DNA of 64,000 bases from positions 1 through 64,000 of the IMG/VR virus record IMGVR_UViG_3300022562_001814. The stretch is one strand, 5' to 3'. The notes under the pieces were generated by a model. It searched no databases. It was not told the DNA's origin and saw nothing but the letters and a program-made list of their open reading frames with translations. Positions 1 to 9,191 of the stretch are shown piece by piece. The DNA comes from a virus. Position numbers and translations under genes: made by a program. How positions within the stretch are numbered: position 1 is the stretch's first letter; the number at the start of each line of letters is the position of its first letter.

Positions 1-326
1 AAGAAATTTGTGCTATAGAATGATAATATTCTTTTGATGCATCTTGTAAATATTTTGGAAAAATTACTTCACAAAAGAAAATCCAATCAGCAATATTTTG
101 AAAAGCAAAAAAATTATTATTTTCTTTTGCTATACTATATAATATAGTTAAACTATGATTTGAATAATCAAATTCCGAATGTTTATATTTACTTAATATA
201 CTAACTATATAAGCTTTGGTTTTTTCTTGACATCTTAAAACCTCTAGTTGTTGAATAAAATAACTATTAATATTAGATGTTAGCAACATATAAAATATAT
301 AATTTTATTAATGTAAAGAATAAATA

Positions 327-2093
327 ATGAAAAAATTAATAATTGTAGAATCTCCAAATAAAGTACAAACAATTCAAAAATATCTTGGAGATAAATATAT
401 AGTCCAAGCATCTAACGGACATATAGTTGATTTATCTAAAGGAGGCGAATTTGGTATAGGCGTAAATCCCAATAATAAATTCAAAACCCATTACTCTATG
501 ATACCAAATAAATTTAGATTTATAGAAAATATTATATCTAATTTAGATAATATAGAGCAAATTATTATTTGCACCGATCCAGATACTGAAGGACACGCTA
601 TTGCATGGCATATAGCCGAAAAATTAAAATATTTTAATAAACCAATTTTACGTGGAGAGTTTCATGAATTGACTGAACAAGGTATTAAAAATGGTATATC
701 TAATTTAGGTAATTTAGATTTTAATAAATTTAAAGCCCAAGAAACAAGAAGAATACTTGATCGTATAGTGGGTTTTATGGTATCTCCATTTTTAATTAAC
801 CATTATGGTATGAAATTATCTGCCGGACGTGTTCAGTCAGTGACTACCAGAATGGTGATAGAAAGAGAAAAAGAAATTTCCGAATTTAAACCACAAGAAT
901 ACTGGAATATTTCTGTTTCTTTAACAAAAGATAAAAACAATTATATTGCGAAATATTCTAAAAAAATTAAATCAAAAGATGAAGCGGAAAAAATTAAATT
1001 AGAAATTGAGTATCCAAATATATCTGAATCTGAATTTAGAGCCATTGAAGTAGTTAAAAAACCTAAGAAAGAAAACCCTCCCCCACCGTTAACTACAGCC
1101 AAAATGCAACAAGTTATGGCATCAAAATTTAGTATTGATGGAGAGCGCACAATGGCTGCGGCTCAATCATTGTATGAATCCGGATATGTAACATATATAA
1201 GAACAGATTCGGTACGAATTTCAGATGAAGCTTTATTAAATGTAAGAAATTGGTTATCAAAAAATAATTTTGAAATTCCAACAAAACCTTTCATATTTAA
1301 AAATAAAGAAGCTGCACAAAATGCACACGAGTGTATTCGTCCAACTGTATTAAATAATACGCCAGAAGTCGTTAATTTAAATGGTGATAATAGAATATTG
1401 TACGAATTAATTTGGAAACAATTTGTTTCTTCACAAATGTGTTCGGCTATTTATGATACATTAAATGTTAAAATTGAACACGCTCATTCTAAGCATAGTT
1501 TTAAACTTACCGGCAAATTACTCGTTTCTCCAGGATATTTAACGATATTAGAAAATAAAAAGGAATCTAAAACAACTCTACCTTCTTTAAATAAAAATGA
1601 TTTGTTAAAATTAACAGATGAAGAATCGATAGTGTTGGATCAAAAATTTACTCAACCCCCGGCAAGATATAATTATTCATCATTAATAGCTGAATTAGAA
1701 AATAAAGGTATAGGAAGACCTTCTACGTATGTTGATATTATTGGAAAAATAACTAATAGAAATTATGTTGAAAAACAGGGTAATACATATCATGGCACAG
1801 AACTAGGAACAAAAATAACCGATAAATTATCTCAATATTTTGAATTTATGAATTATGATTATACGGCATTACTCGAAAAACAAATGGACGATATTTCAAT
1901 TGGAAATATTGATAATATACATGTATTAAATAATTTTTATAATTCTTTTATTAAAACATTACAACAAGCCCACATAGATAATGATGGTAAAATTTGTAAA
2001 AAATGTGGAGCGCCTATGTATTTAAAAAATGGTAAAAATGATGTAAAATTTTGGGGATGCGGGCTTTACCCATTTTGTAGGGGTGTTCGGTAA
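327..2093 (+). CDS. topA: DNA topoisomerase IA
   Basis: N-terminal LIIVESPNK, TDPDTEG TOPRIM motif, SAGRVQS, catalytic GYVTYIRTDS, GIGRPSTY, one C-terminal Zn ribbon (CKKC...C..YPFC). Confidence 0.96.
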   Translation: MKKLIIVESPNKVQTIQKYLGDKYIVQASNGHIVDLSKGGEFGIGVNPNNKFKTHYSMIPNKFRFIENIISNLDNIEQIIICTDPDTEGHAIAWHIAEKLKYFNKPILRGEFHELTEQGIKNGISNLGNLDFNKFKAQETRRILDRIVGFMVSPFLINHYGMKLSAGRVQSVTTRMVIEREKEISEFKPQEYWNISVSLTKDKNNYIAKYSKKIKSKDEAEKIKLEIEYPNISESEFRAIEVVKKPKKENPPPPLTTAKMQQVMASKFSIDGERTMAAAQSLYESGYVTYIRTDSVRISDEALLNVRNWLSKNNFEIPTKPFIFKNKEAAQNAHECIRPTVLNNTPEVVNLNGDNRILYELIWKQFVSSQMCSAIYDTLNVKIEHAHSKHSFKLTGKLLVSPGYLTILENKKESKTTLPSLNKNDLLKLTDEESIVLDQKFTQPPARYNYSSLIAELENKGIGRPSTYVDIIGKITNRNYVEKQGNTYHGTELGTKITDKLSQYFEFMNYDYTALLEKQMDDISIGNIDNIHVLNNFYNSFIKTLQQAHIDNDGKICKKCGAPMYLKNGKNDVKFWGCGLYPFCRGVR

Positions 2094-2111
2094 CATTTAT
2101 GCATATAGTTA

Positions 2112-3071
2112 TTGAGAAACAAAATAGTTAGATTTTCATTAGAACAAGAAAGAGAAATAATTTCTTTATATAAAGATGGTTATGGATCGGAAATATTAGG
2201 AAAACAATACGGTGTTTCAAGTTCTCGTATATGCTTGATTCTTAAAAAATATAGTATTTCTAAAAATAATAATAAATATTTATCAGTTCTGTCTAAAAAA
2301 GAAATATATTTAATTCTTAAATTATATCAAAATGGGGCAACTGTTGGTCAATTAGCTAAAGATTTTGGCGTATACCCTAATGCTATTAAAGGAATTTTAA
2401 CTCGTAGAGGTATTAAAATTAGGCAATATACTAAACCTAAGTTTCATTTTAATGAAGATTTTTTATTGATTAATAGCGCAGAATCTGCATATTTTTATGG
2501 ATTTATATTAGGAGATGGAACTTTTAATATTAAAAGCAACACCCCTTTCATCAAAATTTCAATAAATGAATTAGATTTATCTATTTTAAAAAAATTTTGC
2601 AAATGGTTAAGTATACCGTTAAATAAATTATATTATTTTGAAAAAATAAATCAATATCAATTAGATATTAGAAGTAAATATTTGTATCATATCGCTGATA
2701 CTTGGGGGCTCGTACCAAATAAAACTTATAATCCTAAAATACCACAATTAAATGATTTAAATCTGTTAAAATATTTTATAATTGGATTAATAGATGCTGA
2801 CGGATATGTTAAGTTTATTAAAAATAAACCATATCGAATAGAATTGGTAGGTAATAAAAAAATAATGGATTGGGTAGAGTTACAATTAAGAAATTTAGGA
2901 TTTATAGGACATATCATAAGATATTCTCCTGCTAATGTAGTTTGGTCGAGGCTTGTTGTAGGTAGAAAAAATGATGTAATTGAGTTAGCTAAAATATTAA
3001 ATATAAACTCCTGCCCATTTCTTCTTAAACGAAAGTGGCACGATTTGCAAAATTTTATTCTCGGGCAGTGA
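2112..3071 (+). CDS. Free-standing LAGLIDADG homing endonuclease with N-terminal HTH repeats
   Basis: Two motifs, YFYGFILGDG and FIIGLIDADG; two N-terminal HTH-like repeats; C-terminal LKRKW. Confidence 0.88.
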   Translation: MRNKIVRFSLEQEREIISLYKDGYGSEILGKQYGVSSSRICLILKKYSISKNNNKYLSVLSKKEIYLILKLYQNGATVGQLAKDFGVYPNAIKGILTRRGIKIRQYTKPKFHFNEDFLLINSAESAYFYGFILGDGTFNIKSNTPFIKISINELDLSILKKFCKWLSIPLNKLYYFEKINQYQLDIRSKYLYHIADTWGLVPNKTYNPKIPQLNDLNLLKYFIIGLIDADGYVKFIKNKPYRIELVGNKKIMDWVELQLRNLGFIGHIIRYSPANVVWSRLVVGRKNDVIELAKILNINSCPFLLKRKWHDLQNFILGQ

Positions 3072-3143
3072 ATAACAAGTATATAAAACAAGGCATAGTT
3101 TTTCTGAAAATAATCAAATTTTGCAAGCTTGAAATGGATGTTG

Positions 3144-3176
3144 ATATATACATGTGTGTACACACGCGTGTGTATA
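3144..3176. repeat. 33-nt alternating purine/pyrimidine tract with overlapping palindromes
   Basis: atatatacatgtgtgtacacacgcgtgtgtata; perfect palindromes at 3154-3165 and 3159-3174. Confidence 0.9.
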
Positions 3177-3217
3177 AATTTTAATTATTAACCGAGGCGG
3201 GATGTATATCCTGATAA

Positions 3218-3634
3218 ATGCATATGAAAAAAGATTTTGAAAAAAATCGAGATCAAATCATTCAAGAGTTTCTGAAGGGAGGTGAACCAATAATAGAAAC
3301 CATTAAAAATCATTTAGATGATAGTTATTTAGATGATTTTACGCCATTAGAAGTTAAAGTCCATGGCTCTAACTTTGATAGAGCGTTTAAAACGTTTAGA
3401 GCAATAGTTCAAAAAGAAAAAATATTATCATTATATAAACAAAAACAGACATATGAAAAACCGTCTGTTAAACGTAGACGTAAAAGAAATGAAATGCGTC
3501 AAAAAAGATTAGAATTAGAATCTAAACATAGAAAAATTCTTTCAGGAGAATTTGAAAAAGAATTGAAGAAAAAACAAAAGTTAAAAGAACTTAAAAAACA
3601 ATTGAAAGAAACTCGTAGAAATGATTTAGGTTGA
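3218..3634 (+). CDS. rpsU: Phage-encoded ribosomal protein bS21 homolog with N- and C-terminal extensions
   Basis: Core EVKVHGSNFDRAFKTFRAIVQKEKILSLYKQKQTYEKPSVKRRRKR fits the bS21 pattern V.V...F+.A++.F...YEKPS.KR+RK. Confidence 0.8.
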   Translation: MHMKKDFEKNRDQIIQEFLKGGEPIIETIKNHLDDSYLDDFTPLEVKVHGSNFDRAFKTFRAIVQKEKILSLYKQKQTYEKPSVKRRRKRNEMRQKRLELESKHRKILSGEFEKELKKKQKLKELKKQLKETRRNDLG

Positions 3635-3635
3635 A

Positions 3636-4031
3636 ATGAAAACAGAGCCCCAAGATAGTGCTGTGATTAAAAATCCTAATAGAAATAATTCACAAATCCC
3701 CGAGCCTTATATTCCTGAACATGTAAGGCTCGGGAGGGCTCCAATTATACAGGATTTTTCATCTTTAGATGGGGATATAATTGGAGAAGAAACTACATCG
3801 TTACCAACTAAACCAACTGAAAATGTTTCCTATACACCTAAGGTTGGTGAATTTATTCTAATGGTGTTAGGGAAAGTTATTTCTCATGGAAATGAGCAAC
3901 AGATTTTATCTGAAGCCAAGTCTATCTTATATAAAGAAAATCCTAATTTTATTAATTCTAATATATCAATAGATGATATAGTAATTCTTAAAAGAATAGG
4001 ATTGAAGGTAGGGATTTTTTTTAATGAATGA
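3636..4031 (+). CDS. Hypothetical protein
   Basis: 131-aa ORF tightly packed in the operon. Confidence 0.6.
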   Translation: MKTEPQDSAVIKNPNRNNSQIPEPYIPEHVRLGRAPIIQDFSSLDGDIIGEETTSLPTKPTENVSYTPKVGEFILMVLGKVISHGNEQQILSEAKSILYKENPNFINSNISIDDIVILKRIGLKVGIFFNE

Positions 4032-4611
4032 AATAAAAGAAAAAGAATCTAGGAACGCAAGTGATATTCTTCTTTCTTTAGAAGAAAAGGTTTTGGCATT
4101 AACTCAATTAATAGTTGTTAATGATATGAATAATAAATTAATTCTAGATCGTTTAAATAAATTATTAAATAATACTTCTAGCTCTTTACCAAAAGAGCAA
4201 ACAAAAATTTCGAATAAAATTATTTCAAACAATCCAATTGTTGAAGTAAATAAAAATCCAGTTTCTACTAGAAAACAAACTGTTACTGAACCGGTAGGTA
4301 AAAAAGTAAAAGAAAAATCATCCATCAAAGAAATAAAAATACCTGTAGTTCAACGTATAACAGATGGTAAAGGTAATGATTTATATTTAGCCGATGTTGT
4401 AATTACTAATGCTATTAATAAAGAACTGATGGTTAAATTAAAAACCAACGCTACAGGCAAATGGCAAACCCAATTGCCACCGGGTTCTTATAATATACAT
4501 ATATCTAAACTTATCGATGCAGAGTCCATGAATAAAATAGAATCATTACAAGTTATTGAAGTTGAATCTAAAATGAAGTCTTTACAGCTTCCTGTAGCTA
4601 TTATTAGATAA
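4024..4611 (+). CDS. Hypothetical protein with a C-terminal carboxypeptidase-regulatory-like beta-sandwich
   Basis: KTNATGKWQTQLPPGSYNIHISK resembles the T+..G.+...L.pG.Y.+ pattern. Confidence 0.5.
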   Translation: MNEIKEKESRNASDILLSLEEKVLALTQLIVVNDMNNKLILDRLNKLLNNTSSSLPKEQTKISNKIISNNPIVEVNKNPVSTRKQTVTEPVGKKVKEKSSIKEIKIPVVQRITDGKGNDLYLADVVITNAINKELMVKLKTNATGKWQTQLPPGSYNIHISKLIDAESMNKIESLQVIEVESKMKSLQLPVAIIR

Positions 4612-4621
4612 TAGGTAAAAT

Positions 4622-4948
4622 ATGACTGATGGTTATTTTTCTAGATCTGAAAAGTTCAAAACTTGTTCTGAAAATCAAAATAAACTTAATTTAAGATTAA
4701 AAGAAATTGCTAATGAAATAGCAATATTACCGAAATTACCTCAATCGATGGAAGATTGGATAGATTCTTGGACAGATCCTTCTAAAAAAGGATTTAGTAT
4801 GTCCGCATTTAATAAACATTTGAAGATTAAAAAAGAATATTCAAAATTAATAGATAGTTCTAATTCTAATTTACGAGAAATGAAAATTTTAGTAATAGAA
4901 GAATTATTAGAAAAAATAAATAATACACTCAACAACGGCAGTGATTAA
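4622..4948 (+). CDS. Hypothetical protein
   Basis: ORF preceded by an AGGT Shine-Dalgarno (SD). Confidence 0.6.
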   Translation: MTDGYFSRSEKFKTCSENQNKLNLRLKEIANEIAILPKLPQSMEDWIDSWTDPSKKGFSMSAFNKHLKIKKEYSKLIDSSNSNLREMKILVIEELLEKINNTLNNGSD

Positions 4949-5444
4949 AACTTTATTACTAAATTATAATTATCAAATAATTGCTTTCATTGATGAGAAG
5001 CGAGCTATCAGGCTTTTATTTAAAAATAAAGCAGAAGTTATTTCTAATTGGATCGGTAGAAAAATTAATTCAATTAATGGATTTATAGAACATCCTGCAA
5101 CACTTAAAATGAAATATTTGGTTAATCTCAGACCAACCAAATTAACATTCTCTAGAAAATTAGTTTTAAGAAGAGATGAATATACATGCTGTTATTGTAA
5201 TAAAAAATACAAATATAATAATTTAACTATTGATCATATTATACCCAAAAGCTGTGGAGGAGAAAATTCTTTTATTAATTGCGTTACAGCGTGTATTCCC
5301 TGTAATATGAAAAAAAGAAATAGAACTCCAGAACAAGCTGGAATGGTTCTTAAAATCAAACCAAAAATACCGGATAAATTTTTATGTTATTTTCCAGGTG
5401 ACGCCGAATGGCATGATGATTGGTTATTCTTCATCTCCAATTAA
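4941..5444 (+). CDS. HNH endonuclease (McrA-like)
   Basis: RRDEYTCCYC...LTIDHIIPKSCGG...NCVTACIPCNMKKRNRTPEQAGM. Confidence 0.92.
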   Translation: MIKTLLLNYNYQIIAFIDEKRAIRLLFKNKAEVISNWIGRKINSINGFIEHPATLKMKYLVNLRPTKLTFSRKLVLRRDEYTCCYCNKKYKYNNLTIDHIIPKSCGGENSFINCVTACIPCNMKKRNRTPEQAGMVLKIKPKIPDKFLCYFPGDAEWHDDWLFFISN

Positions 5445-5591
5445 ATCTATAACAATTTTGTGTATTTCTTTTTCTTCTTTCTCTTCTTCAATATTGACAT
5501 ATAATTTATCAATATTTAAATATATTTGTTCGTCAGCTAAATTGTTTTGTTCTTTGTGTTTTTCATAAAGAAAATCCCAAAAATTAGACAT
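5424..5591 (-). CDS. Small acidic hypothetical protein
   Basis: MSNFWDFLYEK...; fills an otherwise empty gap; one of only two plausible minus-strand genes. Confidence 0.45.
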   Translation of the reverse strand: MSNFWDFLYEKHKEQNNLADEQIYLNIDKLYVNIEEEKEEKEIHKIVIDLIGDEE

Positions 5592-5628
5592 ATTTATCAC
5601 CAACAATATATCATATTATGAGTACAAA

Positions 5629-5835
5629 ATGCTATGTTTAACTTGTTCTAAATTATCAGTATTATCTAGTAAAAGAATTTGCTTACGATGTAAAGGTGGG
5701 ATATATAATAATATGTCTGTTGTATGTGATAATTGTTCAAATAAAGAACAATTATGTTCTATTTGTTTAAAAAAAATATTTAATTCAAATAATAGAATAA
5801 GACCAAAATCAAATTGTAGTAGTTGTGGTAAATAA
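5629..5835 (+). CDS. Small Cys-rich zinc-binding protein
   Basis: Five CxxC pairs in 68 aa. Confidence 0.65.
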   Translation: MLCLTCSKLSVLSSKRICLRCKGGIYNNMSVVCDNCSNKEQLCSICLKKIFNSNNRIRPKSNCSSCGK

Positions 5836-6365
5836 TGATTATAAATGATGAAAATATTTTAAGATCTTCAAATAAAGATGTGGAGCCTGAAGAAGCTGAA
5901 GCTCTTATTAAGACCTTGGAAAAAGAATTAAATTATTCTTTTTTGATGGGTAGACCTGGTATTGGATTGGCTTGTCCACAAATCGGAATAAACAAAAAAG
6001 CAGCCATAGTAAGAATTAATACAAATGGAGTTTATGATTTATCTGTAAATTTGATTAATGCTAAAATTGAAAAAGGATATAATCCTTTTATTTTTAAAAA
6101 CGAAGGATGTTTATCATTTCCCGATCAATTAAATGATACGACTAGATATCAAGAAATACATGTTATTAATAATGCTGTTAAGCCACATGCATTTATTGCA
6201 ACAGGATTATTTGCTGTAGCTATTCAGCATGAATTAGATCATTTAAATGGTATATTGTTTTTTGATAGGATTGTTAAAAAAAATGTAGCCTCTAAAATGA
6301 GACCAAATGATTTATGTATTTGTGGATCAGGTATTAAATATAAACGTTGTTGTAAATTAAAGTGA
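5835..6365 (+). CDS. def: Peptide deformylase with C-terminal SEC-C motif
   Basis: GIGLACPQIG, EGCLS and QHELDHLNG motifs; tail RPNDLCICGSGIKYKRCC. Confidence 0.93.
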   Translation: MIINDENILRSSNKDVEPEEAEALIKTLEKELNYSFLMGRPGIGLACPQIGINKKAAIVRINTNGVYDLSVNLINAKIEKGYNPFIFKNEGCLSFPDQLNDTTRYQEIHVINNAVKPHAFIATGLFAVAIQHELDHLNGILFFDRIVKKNVASKMRPNDLCICGSGIKYKRCCKLK

Positions 6366-6372
6366 GAAAAAT

Positions 6373-6564
6373 ATGGAAAATCCAAAAGAAATGTTATTAA
6401 TAGAAACTGTCGTTAAAATGGCTGCTATTCAAAAAATTATGATTAGAAAAGGTTTGTGCACTGAAGATGAAATTTATAATGAAATGACTACAATATCTAA
6501 AGAATTAGTAGAGCAGCTCAGAGCAACTATCCCGGAAATTTTCACTCCCAACGCTCAAAATTAG
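6373..6564 (+). CDS. Hypothetical protein
   Basis: 63-aa ORF in operon context. Confidence 0.55.
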   Translation: MENPKEMLLIETVVKMAAIQKIMIRKGLCTEDEIYNEMTTISKELVEQLRATIPEIFTPNAQN

Positions 6565-6592
6565 TGATATATAAGCTGTATAGGAGAATCGT

Positions 6593-6847
6593 ATGACAAA
6601 AGAAAAACAAACAACATCTCAGCAATCAGTCTCTAAAACAATTTGGGCAGAGATTAAAGACAAAGATATTGATGTATTTGCAATGGTATCTAAAGTATCT
6701 GATTATTGTGAATATATAGATATTGATGAAAAAAAATGCTATTTAGTATGTAAAGCTACCGCTGTTCTTCCTGCTTTAGAGATGGCTTTAGGCAGTAATT
6801 ATAAATGTAATTCATCTGATAAATATATTGTTATAGAAAAGGTATAA
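6593..6847 (+). CDS. Hypothetical protein
   Basis: AGGAG SD; preceded by TGATATA. Confidence 0.65.
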   Translation: MTKEKQTTSQQSVSKTIWAEIKDKDIDVFAMVSKVSDYCEYIDIDEKKCYLVCKATAVLPALEMALGSNYKCNSSDKYIVIEKV

Positions 6848-6848
6848 T

Positions 6849-7295
6849 ATGCCATTTGATGACGACGATGATACTGAAATTAAAGGACCTGTAAGGAAAA
6901 TAAGTCTTAAAAAAGTTAACCCACCACAACCAGAACGTCCAAGTACAAAAGAAATATTTGAACAACAGGCAGAACAAAAATTTTCTCAAATTGAAGATTA
7001 TAAACAAAAAATATGGGATTTATCTATTAAATATAAATCTTTTATAGAAAGTAAAATACTTCCTGAAAACCGTGGTCCAATTACTTCTAATCTAGAAAAA
7101 GAAGTTTTAGATAAATTGGTTCAATTATCACTTGATATGAATGAAGATGAAACCCAAGAACAGGGTGTCGGTAGTACAGCATTATGCATGCTGCTTATGA
7201 AATGTATGTTAATTCAACGCGATATTATAAATTCTCTAAATTTTAAATTAGAACAAATAGAACAAAAAATTAAAACTAATGACAAAAATATCTAA
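6849..7295 (+). CDS. Hypothetical protein
   Basis: 148-aa ORF in operon context. Confidence 0.6.
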   Translation: MPFDDDDDTEIKGPVRKISLKKVNPPQPERPSTKEIFEQQAEQKFSQIEDYKQKIWDLSIKYKSFIESKILPENRGPITSNLEKEVLDKLVQLSLDMNEDETQEQGVGSTALCMLLMKCMLIQRDIINSLNFKLEQIEQKIKTNDKNI

Positions 7296-7449
7296 AGATC
7301 TTATATTGAATATGATCACAGAAGAAAAAAATTTTTATTCTTCTTATTTGTCGTTATGTAGTTACTATAAGGTGGAACCCGATCCAATTGCAACAACCAA
7401 ATGTTCATCAAAACTGGAAATACTAGAACATATTCTGAAGTTGATGTAG
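7279..7449 (+). CDS. Small hypothetical protein (56 aa, not in the ORF track)
   Basis: Translated by hand: MTKISKDLILNMITEEKNFY...EHILKLM*; fills the gap between its neighbours. Confidence 0.45.
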   Translation: MTKISKDLILNMITEEKNFYSSYLSLCSYYKVEPDPIATTKCSSKLEILEHILKLM

Positions 7450-7961
7450 TTCAACAAACAATAAATAAAGCCAATAGTGTAAATTTATTGGATATTTTTA
7501 ATATTTATGATATAAATATTAATATTTATAGTAGAAAAATAAATTGTCCTTTTCCGTTTCATAAAAACGGGCAAGAAAAATCAGCATCATTTTATCATTA
7601 TAATGATAATAATAGTTTCTATTGTTTTGGTTGTAAAACAGGTGGTAAGCCGGTTGATTTTATATCTATGTATGAAGGTATTAGCAGATATAGTGCTGCC
7701 TTAGCTATTATAAATAATTTTGATACTTATGAAATAGAAAATGTTGAAAATAATATTGTAAATTATTCTAAAATTTATTTAGAATTTTCACATCTGATTA
7801 GATCGTTTATTATTAAAAATAAAGATAATGAAAAAGCTATTATATATGCTGAATATATATGTTCGGCTTTTGATAGTGTTAGATCTAAATATGTGTTAGA
7901 TCCAAATGGGTTAAATATAATATTTAGTAAACTTAAAAGAAAATTAGAAGAATTTAAATAA
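7401..7961 (+). CDS. Stand-alone CHC2 zinc-finger (DnaG zinc-binding domain) protein
   Basis: CPFPFHKNGQEKSASF...FYCFGCKTGGKPVDFI; no TOPRIM domain. Confidence 0.85.
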   Translation: MFIKTGNTRTYSEVDVVQQTINKANSVNLLDIFNIYDININIYSRKINCPFPFHKNGQEKSASFYHYNDNNSFYCFGCKTGGKPVDFISMYEGISRYSAALAIINNFDTYEIENVENNIVNYSKIYLEFSHLIRSFIIKNKDNEKAIIYAEYICSAFDSVRSKYVLDPNGLNIIFSKLKRKLEEFK

Positions 7962-8003
7962 TATAATATTATACACAATAAATTTATTGTGTGAAAGGTT
8001 AAA

Positions 8004-9191
8004 ATGAACTTATTAATTGTGGGCGATGTGCACCTCGGGAAGGGCCAGAATTTGGGGCGACAATCTATTGGATCCGCGCTTAACAGTAGAATTATTGATC
8101 AAATTAATTTATTGGACTGGGTGTATGATATTGCTGTTAATAAAAATATTAAACATATTATTCTAACCGGAGATGTATTTGAAGATCCTAAGCCTCATTA
8201 TAATCTGGTTGTGTTGTTTTTAGATTGGTTACAAAAATGTTCCGACTATAATATTCATGTCCATATTGTTGCTGGTAATCACGATATTTTGCGTAGTGGA
8301 CAATTCATTACTTCCCCATTAGATATTATATCTTCAGCAGATATTCAAAATGTTTTTGTTTATAAAAAATTAAATACTTTACATTTAGAAAATGTATCAA
8401 TAACATTTCTTCCGTTTAGAGATCGTAGATCCTTTAATACTGATTCAAATAGTGAAGCAATTTCTTTGCTTAGACAACAAATATTATATGAAAGTTCTAT
8501 TATTGATAATTTGAATTTAAAAATACTAATTGGTCATTTAGCTTTAGAAGGAGCCATTCCTGTTGGATATGAATTAGATGAATTAACCAATGAATTACAT
8601 TGTCCAATTGATATGTTTAAAAGGTATGATTATGTATTAATGGGACATGTTCATAAATTTCAATTTTTATCCGATGATTTAAATATAGGTCACATAGGTA
8701 GTTTGGATATATCTGATTTTGGAGAAGCAGATCAACAAAAATATATAGCTATAATTTCTCCAGATCAAAACGATAATAAAATAGATTATATACAAATACC
8801 AACTCGCCCATTAAAACATATTGTAATTAAATTAGAAGATAATATTAATGTAACCCAATTTATTGAAGAAAATTTGAGTAAATATGCAGATGAATTAAAC
8901 AATGCTATTGTGAAAGTATCAATTATTTTGCCAGCAAATTATTCATTATCCATAGATAGAAATTTAATAGAAAAATATATTTACAGCATGGGCGCATTTC
9001 ATATTTCTAAGATATCAGAAGAAAAAACTTTCGTTTCATTGAAAAAACAAATTAATGAATCGATAGATAATTCTGTAAATGAATTATCTGCCATTAAAAC
9101 GTATTCTTCTTTAGTGGATGAAAAAATTAGAATAGATTTTATTAATCTAGCTTCTACTATTGTTCAAGAATATAAGGAAAATTTAAAATAA
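8004..9191 (+). CDS. sbcD: SbcD/Mre11-like metallophosphoesterase nuclease
   Basis: GDVHLG, TGDVFE, AGNHD, GHVH motifs; adjacent to an SMC-type ATPase. Confidence 0.92.
   Translation: MNLLIVGDVHLGKGQNLGRQSIGSALNSRIIDQINLLDWVYDIAVNKNIKHIILTGDVFEDPKPHYNLVVLFLDWLQKCSDYNIHVHIVAGNHDILRSGQFITSPLDIISSADIQNVFVYKKLNTLHLENVSITFLPFRDRRSFNTDSNSEAISLLRQQILYESSIIDNLNLKILIGHLALEGAIPVGYELDELTNELHCPIDMFKRYDYVLMGHVHKFQFLSDDLNIGHIGSLDISDFGEADQQKYIAIISPDQNDNKIDYIQIPTRPLKHIVIKLEDNINVTQFIEENLSKYADELNNAIVKVSIILPANYSLSIDRNLIEKYIYSMGAFHISKISEEKTFVSLKKQINESIDNSVNELSAIKTYSSLVDEKIRIDFINLASTIVQEYKENLK

Noticed and set aside
227-260. TTGACA as a sigma70 -35 element for topA
   Set aside because: There is no credible -10 hexamer at 16-18 nt spacing.
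2094-3071. LAGLIDADG ORF as part of a group I intron in topA
   Set aside because: topA ends with a zinc ribbon and a stop, no downstream exon is visible, and the flanks leave no room for an intron core.
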